Origin: Cylindrospermopsis raciborskii Cr2010
Lineage (GTDB): Bacteria > Cyanobacteriota > Cyanobacteriia > Cyanobacteriales > Nostocaceae
DNA: 32,000 nucleotides
Reading direction: 5' to 3'
NCBI RefSeq assembly: GCF_003367075.2
Contig: NZ_CP065936.1
Location: forward strand, 1,710,001 to 1,742,000
This document shows, piece after piece, positions 22,896 to 32,000 of the stretch; position 1 is the stretch's first letter, and each line of letters begins with the position of its first letter. Position numbers and translations under genes: made by a program. The notes below the pieces were generated by a model. That model did no database searches, had not been told where the DNA came from, and saw nothing but the letters and a program-made list of their open reading frames with translations.

Positions 22896-25091
22896 TCAAT
22901 TCTGCATAAGCGGCTTTGGGTAATTATTTTGGCTCATGGACATAAGAATCGCTTGGGAGTTAGCTTCTGAACTGTTATCTTTGGGCGTTCTTTGAATGTA
23001 ATTGCCATCGGGTTGTAAATCCCAAGCTTGACGATTATCTGCTAACATAATCCCGAGGATTTCTTGTAGATCTTTGGCAATTTCTTGGTCTCTAATTGGT
23101 GTAATAACCTCCACTCTCCGATCTAAATTGCGACGCATCCAGTCCGCACTGCCAATATATATTTCTTCCTGACCATTGTTGTGGAAGTAAAAAATGCGAG
23201 AATGTTCTAGAAATCGCCCAATAATGCTCACAATGCGAATGTTATCACTAATGTCTTTCATTCCAGGTCTTAAACAGCATATACCTCTAACTATCAAGTC
23301 TATTTGCACCCCTGCACGGGAGGCGGTATATAGGGTGGCAATGATTTCAGGATCAACTAGCGCATTCATTTTGGCTACAATCCTTCCAGAGAATCCATTG
23401 TGTACGTTGGTAATTTCTCTGTGAATTAGTTCTAAAAAGCGGTTGCGCATATTCACCGGAGCAACTAATATCTCTCGATAGTTTTTTTGCAGAGAATAAC
23501 CTGTTAAGAAGTTAAATACATCGGTTAGATCTGCACCCAGTTCTTCCCGACAACTGAACAATCCCAGGTCTGTGTATAGTTTGGCTGTTTTTGGGTTATA
23601 ATTACCTGTGCCAATATGGACGTAACGACAGATTTTATCTTTTTCTCTCCTGACTACTAGCACTATTTTACTATGAGTTTTCAAACCCGCTAATCCGTAA
23701 ACTACATGAACTCCAACTTTTTCTAATCGTCTGGCCCAGTAGATATTATTTTCTTCATCAAAACGGGCTTTTAATTCCACTAAAACTGACACTTGTTTAC
23801 CATTTTCAGCTGCAGCAATTAAGGCATTTACTATGGGTGAATCCCCAGAAGTACGATATAATGTCATCTTAATCGCTAACACTTGAGGATCCCATGCTGC
23901 ATGGGTAATAAATTGCTCTACTGTACCGGAAAATGATTGATAGGGATGATGGACTAATAAATCTTTTTCTCTAATTATAGAAAAGAAATCTTTTCCATCT
24001 TCTGTTTCTAAAACATCGGGATCTAAACAGGGTTCTTTTAACCGCTGTAACCGGGAAGGAATGACTGATTGACGTGGAGGATCTTTCAGTTCTGGTAAGG
24101 ATAATCCCATAAAATACATTAGATCCCTCAAACCTAATAAACCATTTACTTGGTAAACATCATTAGCAGTCAATTCTAGGTCTTCTAATAACCGAGAACG
24201 TAAATTTTCCGGTGTTTGTGATTGTATTTCTAATCGAACCGGTGTCCCACCCATACGCCTTTTACGTAGTTCTTGTTCAATGGCTAGTAATAGGTCATCT
24301 GCTTCATCTTCTTCTAGCTCTAAGTCCGCATCTCGAGTGATCCGAAAAGGATGGCATTCTTGAATGTTCATCCCCGGAAATAATTGATCTAAATTATGGG
24401 CGATCGCCTGTTCTAAAGGTACACCAATCCAGTAAATTGGTTTACCATTATGACTTGCTAGTTCGGAAGGTAAGGGGATAAATCTTGGTAGAACTTTTGG
24501 TACTTTCACCCGGGCAAAATATTCTTCTTCTGTCTGTGGATTTTTGACCACTACAGCCAAATTCAGGCTGAGATTAGAAATGTAAGGAAAGGGATGACTA
24601 GGATCCACTGCTAAGGGGGTGAGAACGGGAAATATTTGTTCTTTAAAATATTCATCCAGATGCAATTTCTGTTGCTGATTCATATCTATATATTTTATAA
24701 TATGAATACCTTGATTAGCTAACAAAGGTTGTAGTATTTCTTCAAACTGTTGGTTCTGTTTTGCCACTAATGGGTTTAAATATAATCTGATATCATCTAA
24801 CTGCTGTTGTGGTGTGCGCCCATCAGGAGTAAGAAGGTCTACTTTTGCTTCTACCTGCTGTTTTAGTGCTGCAATACGCACCATAAAAAATTCATCCAGG
24901 TTAGAGCTAAAAATGGCTAGGAATTTGAGTCTCTCTAATAGTGGTGTGCGTTCATCGCATCCCTCATGTAGTACCCTGCTGTTAAACTGTAACCAACTTA
25001 ATTCTCTATTAATATAATATTCTGGGTCATTTAAATTAATTGGTTCATCTAAACTAACAACTGGAGGATTGTTTTTTTTGAGTTTGGCCAT
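22896..25091 (-). CDS. ppk: Polyphosphate kinase 1
   Basis: The 731-aa length, the N-terminal YINRELSWLQFNSRVL and the PLD-like motifs (KTHSKIVLVVRRE; FLEHSRIFYF) are characteristic of PPK1. Confidence 0.95.
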   Translation of the reverse strand: MAKLKKNNPPVVSLDEPINLNDPEYYINRELSWLQFNSRVLHEGCDERTPLLERLKFLAIFSSNLDEFFMVRIAALKQQVEAKVDLLTPDGRTPQQQLDDIRLYLNPLVAKQNQQFEEILQPLLANQGIHIIKYIDMNQQQKLHLDEYFKEQIFPVLTPLAVDPSHPFPYISNLSLNLAVVVKNPQTEEEYFARVKVPKVLPRFIPLPSELASHNGKPIYWIGVPLEQAIAHNLDQLFPGMNIQECHPFRITRDADLELEEDEADDLLLAIEQELRKRRMGGTPVRLEIQSQTPENLRSRLLEDLELTANDVYQVNGLLGLRDLMYFMGLSLPELKDPPRQSVIPSRLQRLKEPCLDPDVLETEDGKDFFSIIREKDLLVHHPYQSFSGTVEQFITHAAWDPQVLAIKMTLYRTSGDSPIVNALIAAAENGKQVSVLVELKARFDEENNIYWARRLEKVGVHVVYGLAGLKTHSKIVLVVRREKDKICRYVHIGTGNYNPKTAKLYTDLGLFSCREELGADLTDVFNFLTGYSLQKNYREILVAPVNMRNRFLELIHREITNVHNGFSGRIVAKMNALVDPEIIATLYTASRAGVQIDLIVRGICCLRPGMKDISDNIRIVSIIGRFLEHSRIFYFHNNGQEEIYIGSADWMRRNLDRRVEVITPIRDQEIAKDLQEILGIMLADNRQAWDLQPDGNYIQRTPKDNSSEANSQAILMSMSQNNYPKPLMQN

Positions 25092-25256
25092 GATTATCTA
25101 TCACCTAGTAGATGTTGCTATTTCCTTGGTAGTCAATTAATCCAATTATAATGTTAAGCTTTGGTTAAGAAAAAGTTAAGAACCCCTAATTATTTGTCTA
25201 AGTAGGTCGGTATAATTAAATATAAATTTTTAACTCCTTGTCATTATCCACTGTGT

Positions 25257-26675
25257 ATGTTCCAAGCTACTCGTCGTCGTCTTGCTCTTTGGTACACCGC
25301 TGTCACCGCTATTTTACTACTCTTGTTTGCCACTGGAGTGTATTGGTATGTCCGCAGCACATTAATTGAGAGAATTGATGATACTTTAAATCATGTAGTA
25401 GAGGTAGTAGAGCGTTCCTTAGTAATTGAAGACGTTAACTTGGAACCAAGTCAACTAAAATTAAGGCATCAAGGAGTTAAAATACCTCAACAAAACACAA
25501 TTAGTGTTAACATAGAAGCAAGTTTTCGCAATAATAAGAGTACAAATGAAGACGATCATATTGATTTAGAATGGTTTACCCCTACTGGTGAGTTAAGGTG
25601 GTCTACCTTTTCCGAACCCTTACACATTCCCATTCGTGGGAACACAAGTGAAACTGTGCGGGTGATGGGAGCATGGGGTAACTCAGAGCTATTACTGCGA
25701 CAGGTGACCCATAGAGTGGAAATAGGAAGACAAGTTTTAGGGTATTTGAGGGTCAGTCACCCCTGGTTTGAAGTCACTAAACCAAGTCGAAAGTTGGTTG
25801 TGGATCTAGGTTTAGGTATAGGGTTAATGGTGATTTCTGTGGGCGCTAGTGGTTGGTTTTTGTCTGGAAAAGCGATGGAACCTGTGGGTGATTCCTATCA
25901 ACGGTTGAAACAGTTTACTGCTGATGCTTCCCATGAATTAAGAAGTCCTATAGCGCTGATTCAAACCAATGTCCAAGTTGCATTAGCTGATTTGGAATCG
26001 GAAAATTCTTATACTGCTCATGACTATGAACACAATTATTCCCATTATCGCCAACAATTGCAGTTAGTTGAAAGATTAACCCAGCGTTTAGGTAGGTTGG
26101 TCAACGATTTGTTGTTTCTTGCTAGACAAGATAGTGGTATGAGTCCTAACTTGTTTTCACCTTGTCCCGTGGATGCTTTGTTAATGGAAGTGGTGGAAGA
26201 GCAGGAACTTGTAGCTACAGAAAAACAAATTTCCCTGAGTTTAATCCTTGTGGATCCTCCAGTGGAAACTGACTCCAGATTACGGGAAAACTGGTTCACT
26301 CTCATGGGAAACTGGGATCAACTGGGTAGATTATGCACTAATTTGATTAGTAACGCCCTACAATACACTCCCAGGGAAGGAAAAGTGCAAGTAGAATTGG
26401 CACGAGTTTTGACAATGCCTGGTCCCTGCTTACAAATTAAAGTGATTGACACGGGAGTAGGTATTCCTAGGGAATCTTTACCAAAACTATTCGATAGATT
26501 TTATCGCGTGGACCCAGCTCGCTCCCAACGAGACGCTACTACCGGATCGGGTTTAGGTTTAGCTATTGTTCATACCATTGTAGAACAACATCAAGGGGAA
26601 ATAGAAGTTCACAGTATTCTTAGTCAGGGGACTACTTTTGTCGTTCACTTACCTGTAAGTAGTGAATTTTACTAG
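25257..26675 (+). CDS. Membrane-bound sensor histidine kinase
   Basis: There are two TM segments (LALWYTAVTAILLLLFATGVYWY; LGLGIGLMVISVGASGWFL). The H-box is FTADASHELRSPI, and the N/G boxes are LISNALQYTP, DTGVGIP and GSGLGLAI. Confidence 0.9.
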   Translation: MFQATRRRLALWYTAVTAILLLLFATGVYWYVRSTLIERIDDTLNHVVEVVERSLVIEDVNLEPSQLKLRHQGVKIPQQNTISVNIEASFRNNKSTNEDDHIDLEWFTPTGELRWSTFSEPLHIPIRGNTSETVRVMGAWGNSELLLRQVTHRVEIGRQVLGYLRVSHPWFEVTKPSRKLVVDLGLGIGLMVISVGASGWFLSGKAMEPVGDSYQRLKQFTADASHELRSPIALIQTNVQVALADLESENSYTAHDYEHNYSHYRQQLQLVERLTQRLGRLVNDLLFLARQDSGMSPNLFSPCPVDALLMEVVEEQELVATEKQISLSLILVDPPVETDSRLRENWFTLMGNWDQLGRLCTNLISNALQYTPREGKVQVELARVLTMPGPCLQIKVIDTGVGIPRESLPKLFDRFYRVDPARSQRDATTGSGLGLAIVHTIVEQHQGEIEVHSILSQGTTFVVHLPVSSEFY

Positions 26676-26697
26676 TTTTTTTAGTATAATTTTTCTA

Positions 26698-27321
26698 TTA
26701 ATTTCTCCCATCTTCTAAATAAATATCTCGAATATCAGGGTCTAATTTTTCTTCTAACATCTGGTAGCTCTGTTGTAATAAATCGCTTACCTGTACTATA
26801 GAAATATTTTCTCCCTCTGCTTGTAAATAAGCGGCAATCCGGGTTTCACTCCAATGGAAGGTTCGCGCCATCAGTAAAACTACGCGTAGAACAGGTGGTA
26901 GTTTATCCAGTGCCTGCTGTAAATAGCACCAAAGCGGAGGTGAGGTTTCTTTTATGGAGTAATGAATTGCTTCTGCTGGTGGTACGCTGATTCGATTAAT
27001 GCAAAAGGCAGTCATGTTAATTAACCAGTTTTGCAGGCTTAATGCTTCTTTCTCGGTTATTGGTTGCTCTAGAGAAAGTTCCCTCATTTCATAGTATATC
27101 TGTTGCCAAGTCAGGGCAAATAAATAGTCTGCTTGAACGGGAGATTTCGCTGAGTGTTGAATCAGAGTGTAAACTATAGGATGATAACGGGCAAATATGG
27201 CTGTGAAGTACCGACCACTATCAGGATAGCGCTGAAATAGGTTTAATAGTTCTTGATCGGTTTGCTCAAATAAGGATTTCACCAAGGGGTGATTGGTTTC
27301 GGGAAAGGAGGGAATTTGCAC
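26698..27321 (-). CDS. Sigma-70/ECF-like sigma factor family protein (divergent)
   Basis: The N-terminus DQELLNLFQRYPDSGRYFTAIFARYHPIVYTLI is region-2-like. The C-terminus LRVVLLMARTFHWSETRIAAYLQAEGENISIVQVSDLLQQSYQMLEE resembles a region-4 helix-turn-helix. Confidence 0.5.
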   Translation of the reverse strand: MQIPSFPETNHPLVKSLFEQTDQELLNLFQRYPDSGRYFTAIFARYHPIVYTLIQHSAKSPVQADYLFALTWQQIYYEMRELSLEQPITEKEALSLQNWLINMTAFCINRISVPPAEAIHYSIKETSPPLWCYLQQALDKLPPVLRVVLLMARTFHWSETRIAAYLQAEGENISIVQVSDLLQQSYQMLEEKLDPDIRDIYLEDGRN

Positions 27322-27447
27322 AGGGGTTGTAAGGAGTTTAAATGTCAGCTCAAGTTGGTTAGAGTATAAACTATTAAAGAGATAGCGATATGCTAGTCTT
27401 TAGCAACAATACTAAAAACCTATTCACTATACAATCTAGATTTATTC

Positions 27448-28044
27448 ATGGTTATAGTAGCTAATGTGATACCTTTTTTGCATATTCCAGTGACAATTGC
27501 CTCTTTTTTACCCTCCCTACCCTTGGATAGTCTGTTTTCCACCCAGGGGATTATGATTATGCTATTGGCAGCTTATGCTGGTGCCATGTGGATGTTTCTC
27601 ACCAGCGCTCCCAAGGTCTATACTGTAATGGTCTCGGATTTGGAAATTGCCCGACAACTATATGAGGGTTTGTTGGATTTACCCGCTGCGGAAGTACCTC
27701 TACACTACTACTACAATTATGAACAAACTATAGGTGCTACGGCTATAGATCCGCTTTATATGTCTTCTGGTCCTAGTTTCTCTCATAGGACTATTAGTAA
27801 TGGCAATGATGGACTATGGTACCAATTAAAGAAAAATACCCAACTACACGTTATTACTGGTGCAAGTCTAGGTAGTAAAAGTCAACAACGTCATGTTTGT
27901 TTTGACCGGGATTGTTTAGACTTAATTTTAATGCGGGTGGAAACTAGAGGGTTAAAGTTTAAGATTCGTAATCAAAAACCTTTGAACTTTTTGGTAAAAG
28001 ATTACGAAGGGAGAATTATTGAAATGGCTGAGGTGACTGGTTAA
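27448..28044 (+). CDS. VOC (glyoxalase/bleomycin-resistance fold)-like protein with N-terminal hydrophobic segments
   Basis: VSDLEIARQLYEGLLDLPAAEV matches the first beta-alpha element typical of VOC proteins. The N-terminal 55 aa are hydrophobic. Confidence 0.45.
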   Translation: MVIVANVIPFLHIPVTIASFLPSLPLDSLFSTQGIMIMLLAAYAGAMWMFLTSAPKVYTVMVSDLEIARQLYEGLLDLPAAEVPLHYYYNYEQTIGATAIDPLYMSSGPSFSHRTISNGNDGLWYQLKKNTQLHVITGASLGSKSQQRHVCFDRDCLDLILMRVETRGLKFKIRNQKPLNFLVKDYEGRIIEMAEVTG

Positions 28045-28050
28045 GAAAAG

Positions 28051-29634
28051 TTGTTATGGGGTAAAAGACCTGTGATTGAGGCTGAGGTTCATTTGTCATT
28101 ACATAATTTCCTGCGCTCCCAGGTGGGTTTTCCAACTTGGCCTCATCACCTAACGATGGCAAGGTTGGTAGCTAGGGCTTTTCGTTTGGGACGTAGTGCT
28201 TTAATTCAAGTTGGAGCTCTTTGTGGTTATCAAGGAAGATACCGAACAAGTTTTATTGCCTCCGCTTTAATGTGGCCTGGTCCAGTAATTATCGTAGCAT
28301 TACCAGAAATCCAGCAAAGATTGCTCAAGATAGAAATACCTCGTCTTGAACAGTGGTTAGGAACAACTAAATCTATTAGAGTAGGTGATGTTTGGCCTGA
28401 TCCCGATTTTAAAGGTTTACTACTAACCTCTCCTCAAGCGTGGCTAAAAGAGCAGTTGAGTAATGAACATGTTGGTTTCCCTCCCCATATTCCTACTATT
28501 ATTGATGGTGTAGACGATCTAGAAGATTGGGTACGTAATCAGCTGACCCAAAACCTTGATCCCCAGTCCTGGGATCAGCTAATATGGGCTTGTCCCCACC
28601 AAGCGGATTTAATCCGGGAAGTGAGGGTAAAATTAACTCATGAATTGTTTCAGCATCCAGAAAATCCATACCACTGTTATCTAATTTGCCAACGGGAAAT
28701 TGAAATTTTACAAACTCTGTTTTCTGCTTTAAATCCTGACCATCTCCCAGCTATATGGCGTAGTTTTCAGGCATGTTTCTACAACGCTATTGATAATTCC
28801 GTAACACCTGTTGGTCTGACTTCTTCCCTTTTTTGGGCCACTGTTGCTCGTCGTCAAGGTCTATTTTATTTACATTGTGCACCCGTAGAATTAGCGACGA
28901 AATTAGCACCAATTTGGCAACGACAACCGGTGGTGTTAATTGGTAGTGCTTTGGAACCAGAAACGGAAGCACCCCTGTTTCGCCAGGGATTGGGTTTAGT
29001 AGATGTAACTTGTTTGAAGTTCTCCAGTGACAATCACAGTGAAGCTATTCAACTTTATGTACCCCATAAGTTACCTTTGCCCAATACACCGGAATTTCAA
29101 TCTTCGTTTATTCATCAAGTCCGCACCCTGATTTGTTTGAGTACCACGGCTTTGGGTCTAACTGTAGTGTTGGTCGGTGACGTACCTCTCAAAAGTAGAG
29201 TAGCAGCGATTTTGGCTGCTGACTTCGGTTCACGAGTTCAAGTGGAAAAAACTTGTTTGGATGATAATGGTATTCTGGTTAGTGGTTGGGAATTTTGGCG
29301 ATCGCACCAGAGTGTTTTGCCTGCACCCCAGTTATTGATTATTGCTACTTTACCCCTACCATCCTTAGAGAACCCTTTAGTAGCTGGTAGGGTGGCTTAT
29401 TACAAGCGATCGCACCAGGACTGGTTTAGACTGTACCTACTACCCACTGCGCTGAGTGAGTTACAACGGGCCCTAGCTCCGGTGAGAGAAAGTCAGGGGA
29501 TAGTGGCCTTATTAGATAGTCGTGTGGTCAATCGTAGTTATGGATCCCAGATTCTTGCTTGTCTTAGCCCTCGAGCACGCTTAGACTATCTTGATCCCAG
29601 TCTTTTTTCTTCCCATACTCCAGAAAACTATTGA
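28051..29634 (+). CDS. DinG/Rad3-like helicase-related protein with degenerate NTPase motifs
   Basis: The C-terminal block LLIIATLPLPSLENPLVAGRVAYYKRSHQDWFRLYLLPTALSELQRALAPVRESQGIVALLDSRV parallels DinG motifs V-VI. IIDGVDDL sits where the DEAH box would be. No GxxxxGK[ST] is present anywhere in the ORF. The start codon is TTG. Confidence 0.6.
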   Translation: MLWGKRPVIEAEVHLSLHNFLRSQVGFPTWPHHLTMARLVARAFRLGRSALIQVGALCGYQGRYRTSFIASALMWPGPVIIVALPEIQQRLLKIEIPRLEQWLGTTKSIRVGDVWPDPDFKGLLLTSPQAWLKEQLSNEHVGFPPHIPTIIDGVDDLEDWVRNQLTQNLDPQSWDQLIWACPHQADLIREVRVKLTHELFQHPENPYHCYLICQREIEILQTLFSALNPDHLPAIWRSFQACFYNAIDNSVTPVGLTSSLFWATVARRQGLFYLHCAPVELATKLAPIWQRQPVVLIGSALEPETEAPLFRQGLGLVDVTCLKFSSDNHSEAIQLYVPHKLPLPNTPEFQSSFIHQVRTLICLSTTALGLTVVLVGDVPLKSRVAAILAADFGSRVQVEKTCLDDNGILVSGWEFWRSHQSVLPAPQLLIIATLPLPSLENPLVAGRVAYYKRSHQDWFRLYLLPTALSELQRALAPVRESQGIVALLDSRVVNRSYGSQILACLSPRARLDYLDPSLFSSHTPENY

Positions 29635-29734
29635 TGAATTTGAGAGGAAACTAAGTACCTTAATAGCAAACCTTAAATATACTAGTAAGTGAAACGAAAT
29701 CAAACCTGAGATTAACTGAAATCAATTATTTGTT

Positions 29735-29950
29735 ATGGGTGAAGCAAAACGTCGGAAAAATACCATGGGGGAGAACTATGGACAAGAAACCCCCATATTG
29801 CCATGGGTTCCCATTACTAAGTCTCAAGCAGAACTTTTTGTGAAAATAACCACTCGCGGAGCATGGATTGGTATTGGAACTATGGTAGCTATATGGGTGA
29901 CTATCCGTTTTATCGGACCCGCTTTTGGATGGTGGCAAGTAGTGGATTAG
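29735..29950 (+). CDS. Small membrane protein (71 aa), conserved-hypothetical type
   Basis: MGEAKRRKN... is followed by a C-terminal TM segment AWIGIGTMVAIWVTIRFIGPAF. I prefer it over the fully overlapping minus-strand ORF at 29726-29938, whose product is Cys/His/Ser-rich and low-complexity. Confidence 0.55.
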   Translation: MGEAKRRKNTMGENYGQETPILPWVPITKSQAELFVKITTRGAWIGIGTMVAIWVTIRFIGPAFGWWQVVD

Positions 29951-30082
29951 GTTAATGAGTATGATTTAATTTAAGCTAGCTGGAAATATCTTAGTGGGAG
30001 CTATAGTTAAGAAATAATGCTAGGTCCTCTCAAAATTGCCTATGGAGGTGTAATATCCAACTATTGCCAATTTGACTAAGAT

Positions 30083-30108
30083 TTAGGTTAGGCTAATTGC
30101 TAACCTAA
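30083..30108. other. Perfect 9-bp inverted repeat (hairpin) in a 262-bp intergenic region
   Basis: TTAGGTTAG (30083-30091) pairs with CTAACCTAA (30100-30108) across an 8-nt loop. No adjacent U-run is present, so the role is unknown. Confidence 0.3.
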
Positions 30109-30212
30109 GCATTTATCCAAAACTTTTAGAGATAGAGTACAATAACAAGGGACAGGAAAATCTAAAGAAAATATAAAACATTCTCAAATGACCGTGGTGT
30201 CTGGAGGAAAAA

Positions 30213-30554
30213 ATGTTTCTGAGACTAGCATACGAACATAGACAATTTGTGCAAGAGTTGGTAATGAACTTACAAGCTCTGGCCATGGTTCTAGAACGCA
30301 AGGGTTACCCAGCTTCTTGCTACACCTGTGGGGATCAAATGAACAGTGCTTCATTTATGGTGGGTTTGGGGAATAATCACCTCATCCGCTTTCTGGTGTC
30401 TGACTATGGGATTACCTGGACCGAAATGAGGGATGACCGGGAATTGATGAAGTTAGAAGGAGCGGAAGCAATCCAACAATTACAAGAACTAGCTAATCTG
30501 GTTAAACAGTCTATAGAACCTTGTACAAATCAGAAAGCTCTAATTAGGAAGTAA
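30213..30554 (+). CDS. Conserved cyanobacterial hypothetical protein (113 aa)
   Basis: The ORF has GGAGGAAAAA immediately before the ATG. MFLRLAYEHRQFVQELVMNLQALAMVLERKGY...FLVSDYGITWTEMRD looks like a widely conserved cyanobacterial small protein. I cannot name the family. Confidence 0.6.
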   Translation: MFLRLAYEHRQFVQELVMNLQALAMVLERKGYPASCYTCGDQMNSASFMVGLGNNHLIRFLVSDYGITWTEMRDDRELMKLEGAEAIQQLQELANLVKQSIEPCTNQKALIRK

Positions 30555-30572
30555 GGAAGTTATTTTGTATAG

Positions 30573-31070
30573 ATGAGCAACACAACATCAGGTCAAGGAA
30601 CTTTACCACCAGCAAGTGCAATTGACAAGTTAACAAAGAATGAAGTTGATACCTGGTTTGACTATCCCATCAGAGTACAACCTCATCATACGGATTATGC
30701 AGGATTAGTTTGGCATGGTACATACTTAACTTGGATGGAGGAGGCACGAGTAGAGTGTTTACGCTCCTTTGGTGTTGATTATGCTGATTTGGTAGCCTTG
30801 GGGTGTGATCTACCAGTTGTAGAACTGTCTATACGCTATCATATATCACTACAATTAGGGAATATGGCTTTGGTCAAAACCCGCATGTTAGAAGTTACAG
30901 GTGTGCGAATCAACTGGGACTATAAAATTGTCTCCCTTGATAATCAGGAATTATGTGTAACTGCTCAAGTAAGTTTAGTAGCATTAGATAGGGAAAGGGG
31001 TAAAATTATGCGTCAGTTACCCGCCACATTCCAGGAGGTGATCGCTAAAATTGCGGCATCTTATAAGTAG
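30573..31070 (+). CDS. Hotdog-fold acyl-CoA thioesterase (YbgC/4HBT type)
   Basis: VQPHHTDYAGLVWHGTYLTWMEEARVECLRSFGVDYADL matches the catalytic Asp/His region and helix of 4HBT-class thioesterases. Confidence 0.75.
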   Translation: MSNTTSGQGTLPPASAIDKLTKNEVDTWFDYPIRVQPHHTDYAGLVWHGTYLTWMEEARVECLRSFGVDYADLVALGCDLPVVELSIRYHISLQLGNMALVKTRMLEVTGVRINWDYKIVSLDNQELCVTAQVSLVALDRERGKIMRQLPATFQEVIAKIAASYK

Positions 31071-31099
31071 TTATAAGTTTAAGAAAGTCAAGACACTTG

Positions 31100-31129
31100 C
31101 CTACACCATTTCGCTAAAACTGGTGTAGG
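31100..31129. terminator. Possible bidirectional terminator hairpin between convergent genes
   Basis: CCTACACCA (31100-31108) pairs with TGGTGTAGG (31121-31129) across a 12-nt loop. It lies between the thioesterase stop (31070) and the dxr stop (31153). There is no strong U-tract. Confidence 0.35.
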
Positions 31130-31152
31130 TATATGAGACAGAAATGTTACAG

Positions 31153-32000
31153 TTAGCGGACAGAAATAAATTGTGGTTGTATACTAAAATTTTCAGTGGC
31201 TTTAATTACTTCTTGTCTAGCCCACCTATCTGCTACCAGGATATCCTCTAAAGAAGGATGAGACTGGTTCTGATGGCGATCGCACACCAATTCAATACAG
31301 CGAGCAATATCCAAATAGCCAATTTTTTCTTCTAAAAATAGTGCTACAGCTTGTTCATTAGCTGCATTTAAAACAGCGGGCATAGATCCACCTGCTCTAC
31401 CAGCGGAATAAGCTAAACCCATACAAGGGTATTTGTGATGGTCTGGTTCGCGAAAAGTCAAAGTTCCGCATTTGACTAAATCCAGCCTTTGCCAATTGGT
31501 GTAAATTCTTTCTGGCCAAGACAAAGCATAAAGTAAAGGTAGGCGCATATCTGGCCAACCCAACTGAGCTAAAACAGAGGTATCTTGTAACTCAATTAAA
31601 GAATGAATAATACTTTGGGGATGAATAACAATTTCGATGTCATTGTAGTTCATACCAAATAAATAATGGGCCTCAATAACTTCCAACCCCTTATTCATCA
31701 AAGTTGCTGAATCCACAGTAATTTTTTTACCCATAGACCAGTTAGGATGTTTAAGAGCGTCTGCAACTTTAACTGTAGGTAATTGTTCCACTGGCCAATC
31801 TCTAAAAGCTCCCCCGGAAGCGGTCAACAAAATCTTTTTTAAACCAGCTGGGGGTACACCTTGTAAGCATTGAAAAATAGCGGAATGTTCCGAATCAGCA
31901 GGTAATAACTTGACCCCGTGTTTTTGTACTAGGGGTAAAACCACTGGGCCACCAGCAATTAAAGTTTCTTTATTTGCTAGAGCAATATCCTTACCCGCTT
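31153..32000 (-). CDS. dxr: 1-deoxy-D-xylulose 5-phosphate reductoisomerase, C-terminal about 280 codons (5' part is outside the window)
   Basis: [47 protein letters not shown] and NAANEQAV are hallmark DXR motifs. The reading frame stays open beyond the track's internal Met at 31944 to the window edge (…[12 protein letters not shown]). Confidence 0.9.
   Translation of the reverse strand, partial: AGKDIALANKETLIAGGPVVLPLVQKHGVKLLPADSEHSAIFQCLQGVPPAGLKKILLTASGGAFRDWPVEQLPTVKVADALKHPNWSMGKKITVDSATLMNKGLEVIEAHYLFGMNYNDIEIVIHPQSIIHSLIELQDTSVLAQLGWPDMRLPLLYALSWPERIYTNWQRLDLVKCGTLTFREPDHHKYPCMGLAYSAGRAGGSMPAVLNAANEQAVALFLEEKIGYLDIARCIELVCDRHQNQSHPSLEDILVADRWARQEVIKATENFSIQPQFISVR

Noticed and set aside
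29726-29938. Minus-strand 70-aa ORF that fully overlaps the plus-strand ORF at 29735-29950
   Set aside because: Its product is Ser/His/Cys/Pro-rich without structure-like features. The plus-strand product has a basic N-terminus and a clean TM helix, and it resembles a conserved cyanobacterial small protein.
30113-30301. Minus-strand 62-aa ORF spanning the intergenic region and the 5' end of the 30213-30554 gene
   Set aside because: It overlaps the better-supported plus-strand gene, which has a strong GGAGG ribosome-binding site. Its product is Cys/Arg/Ser-rich with no start context.

Overview
The window looks like a chromosomal segment from a low-GC filamentous cyanobacterium, probably Nostocales. 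Support: HIP1 GCGATCGC palindromes, a sasA clock-output kinase, YggT, and dispersed hairpin repeats. The right half (about 16.7-32 kb) is ordinary core genome: upp, a YtxH-like protein, yggT, an SLH lipoprotein, sasA, ppk1, a sensor kinase, a sigma-like factor, a VOC-fold protein, a degenerate DinG-like helicase, a hotdog thioesterase and a partial dxr. The left half looks accessory and holds two unusual loci. (1) Bases 1-5150 are a head-to-tail tandem array of five near-identical Uma2/DUF820-type putative endonuclease genes. Each copy has its own conserved 127-bp spacer. The copies differ mainly in the number of 42-bp (14-aa) repeats in a C-terminal coiled-coil tail (3, 7, 6 and 3 units), and their SNP pattern is mosaic, consistent with gene conversion. 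(2) Bases 5325-16690 form a cluster I cannot assign to any named system. It contains a divergently transcribed vWA/MIDAS lipoprotein, a 4-TM protein, a tubulin/FtsZ-like GTPase and a 1086-aa protein with an Hsp70/actin-fold (ASKHA) ATPase module. Four paralogous proteins follow, all sharing an unrecognised domain of about 120 aa that ends in G-x-LEF. That domain is fused to a zinc ribbon in one paralog, to a signal peptide plus TM segment in two, and to 45-aa coiled-coil repeats in the fourth. I propose it as a candidate envelope-spanning NTPase system of unknown function. All family calls come from motif reading only; no database searches were run.
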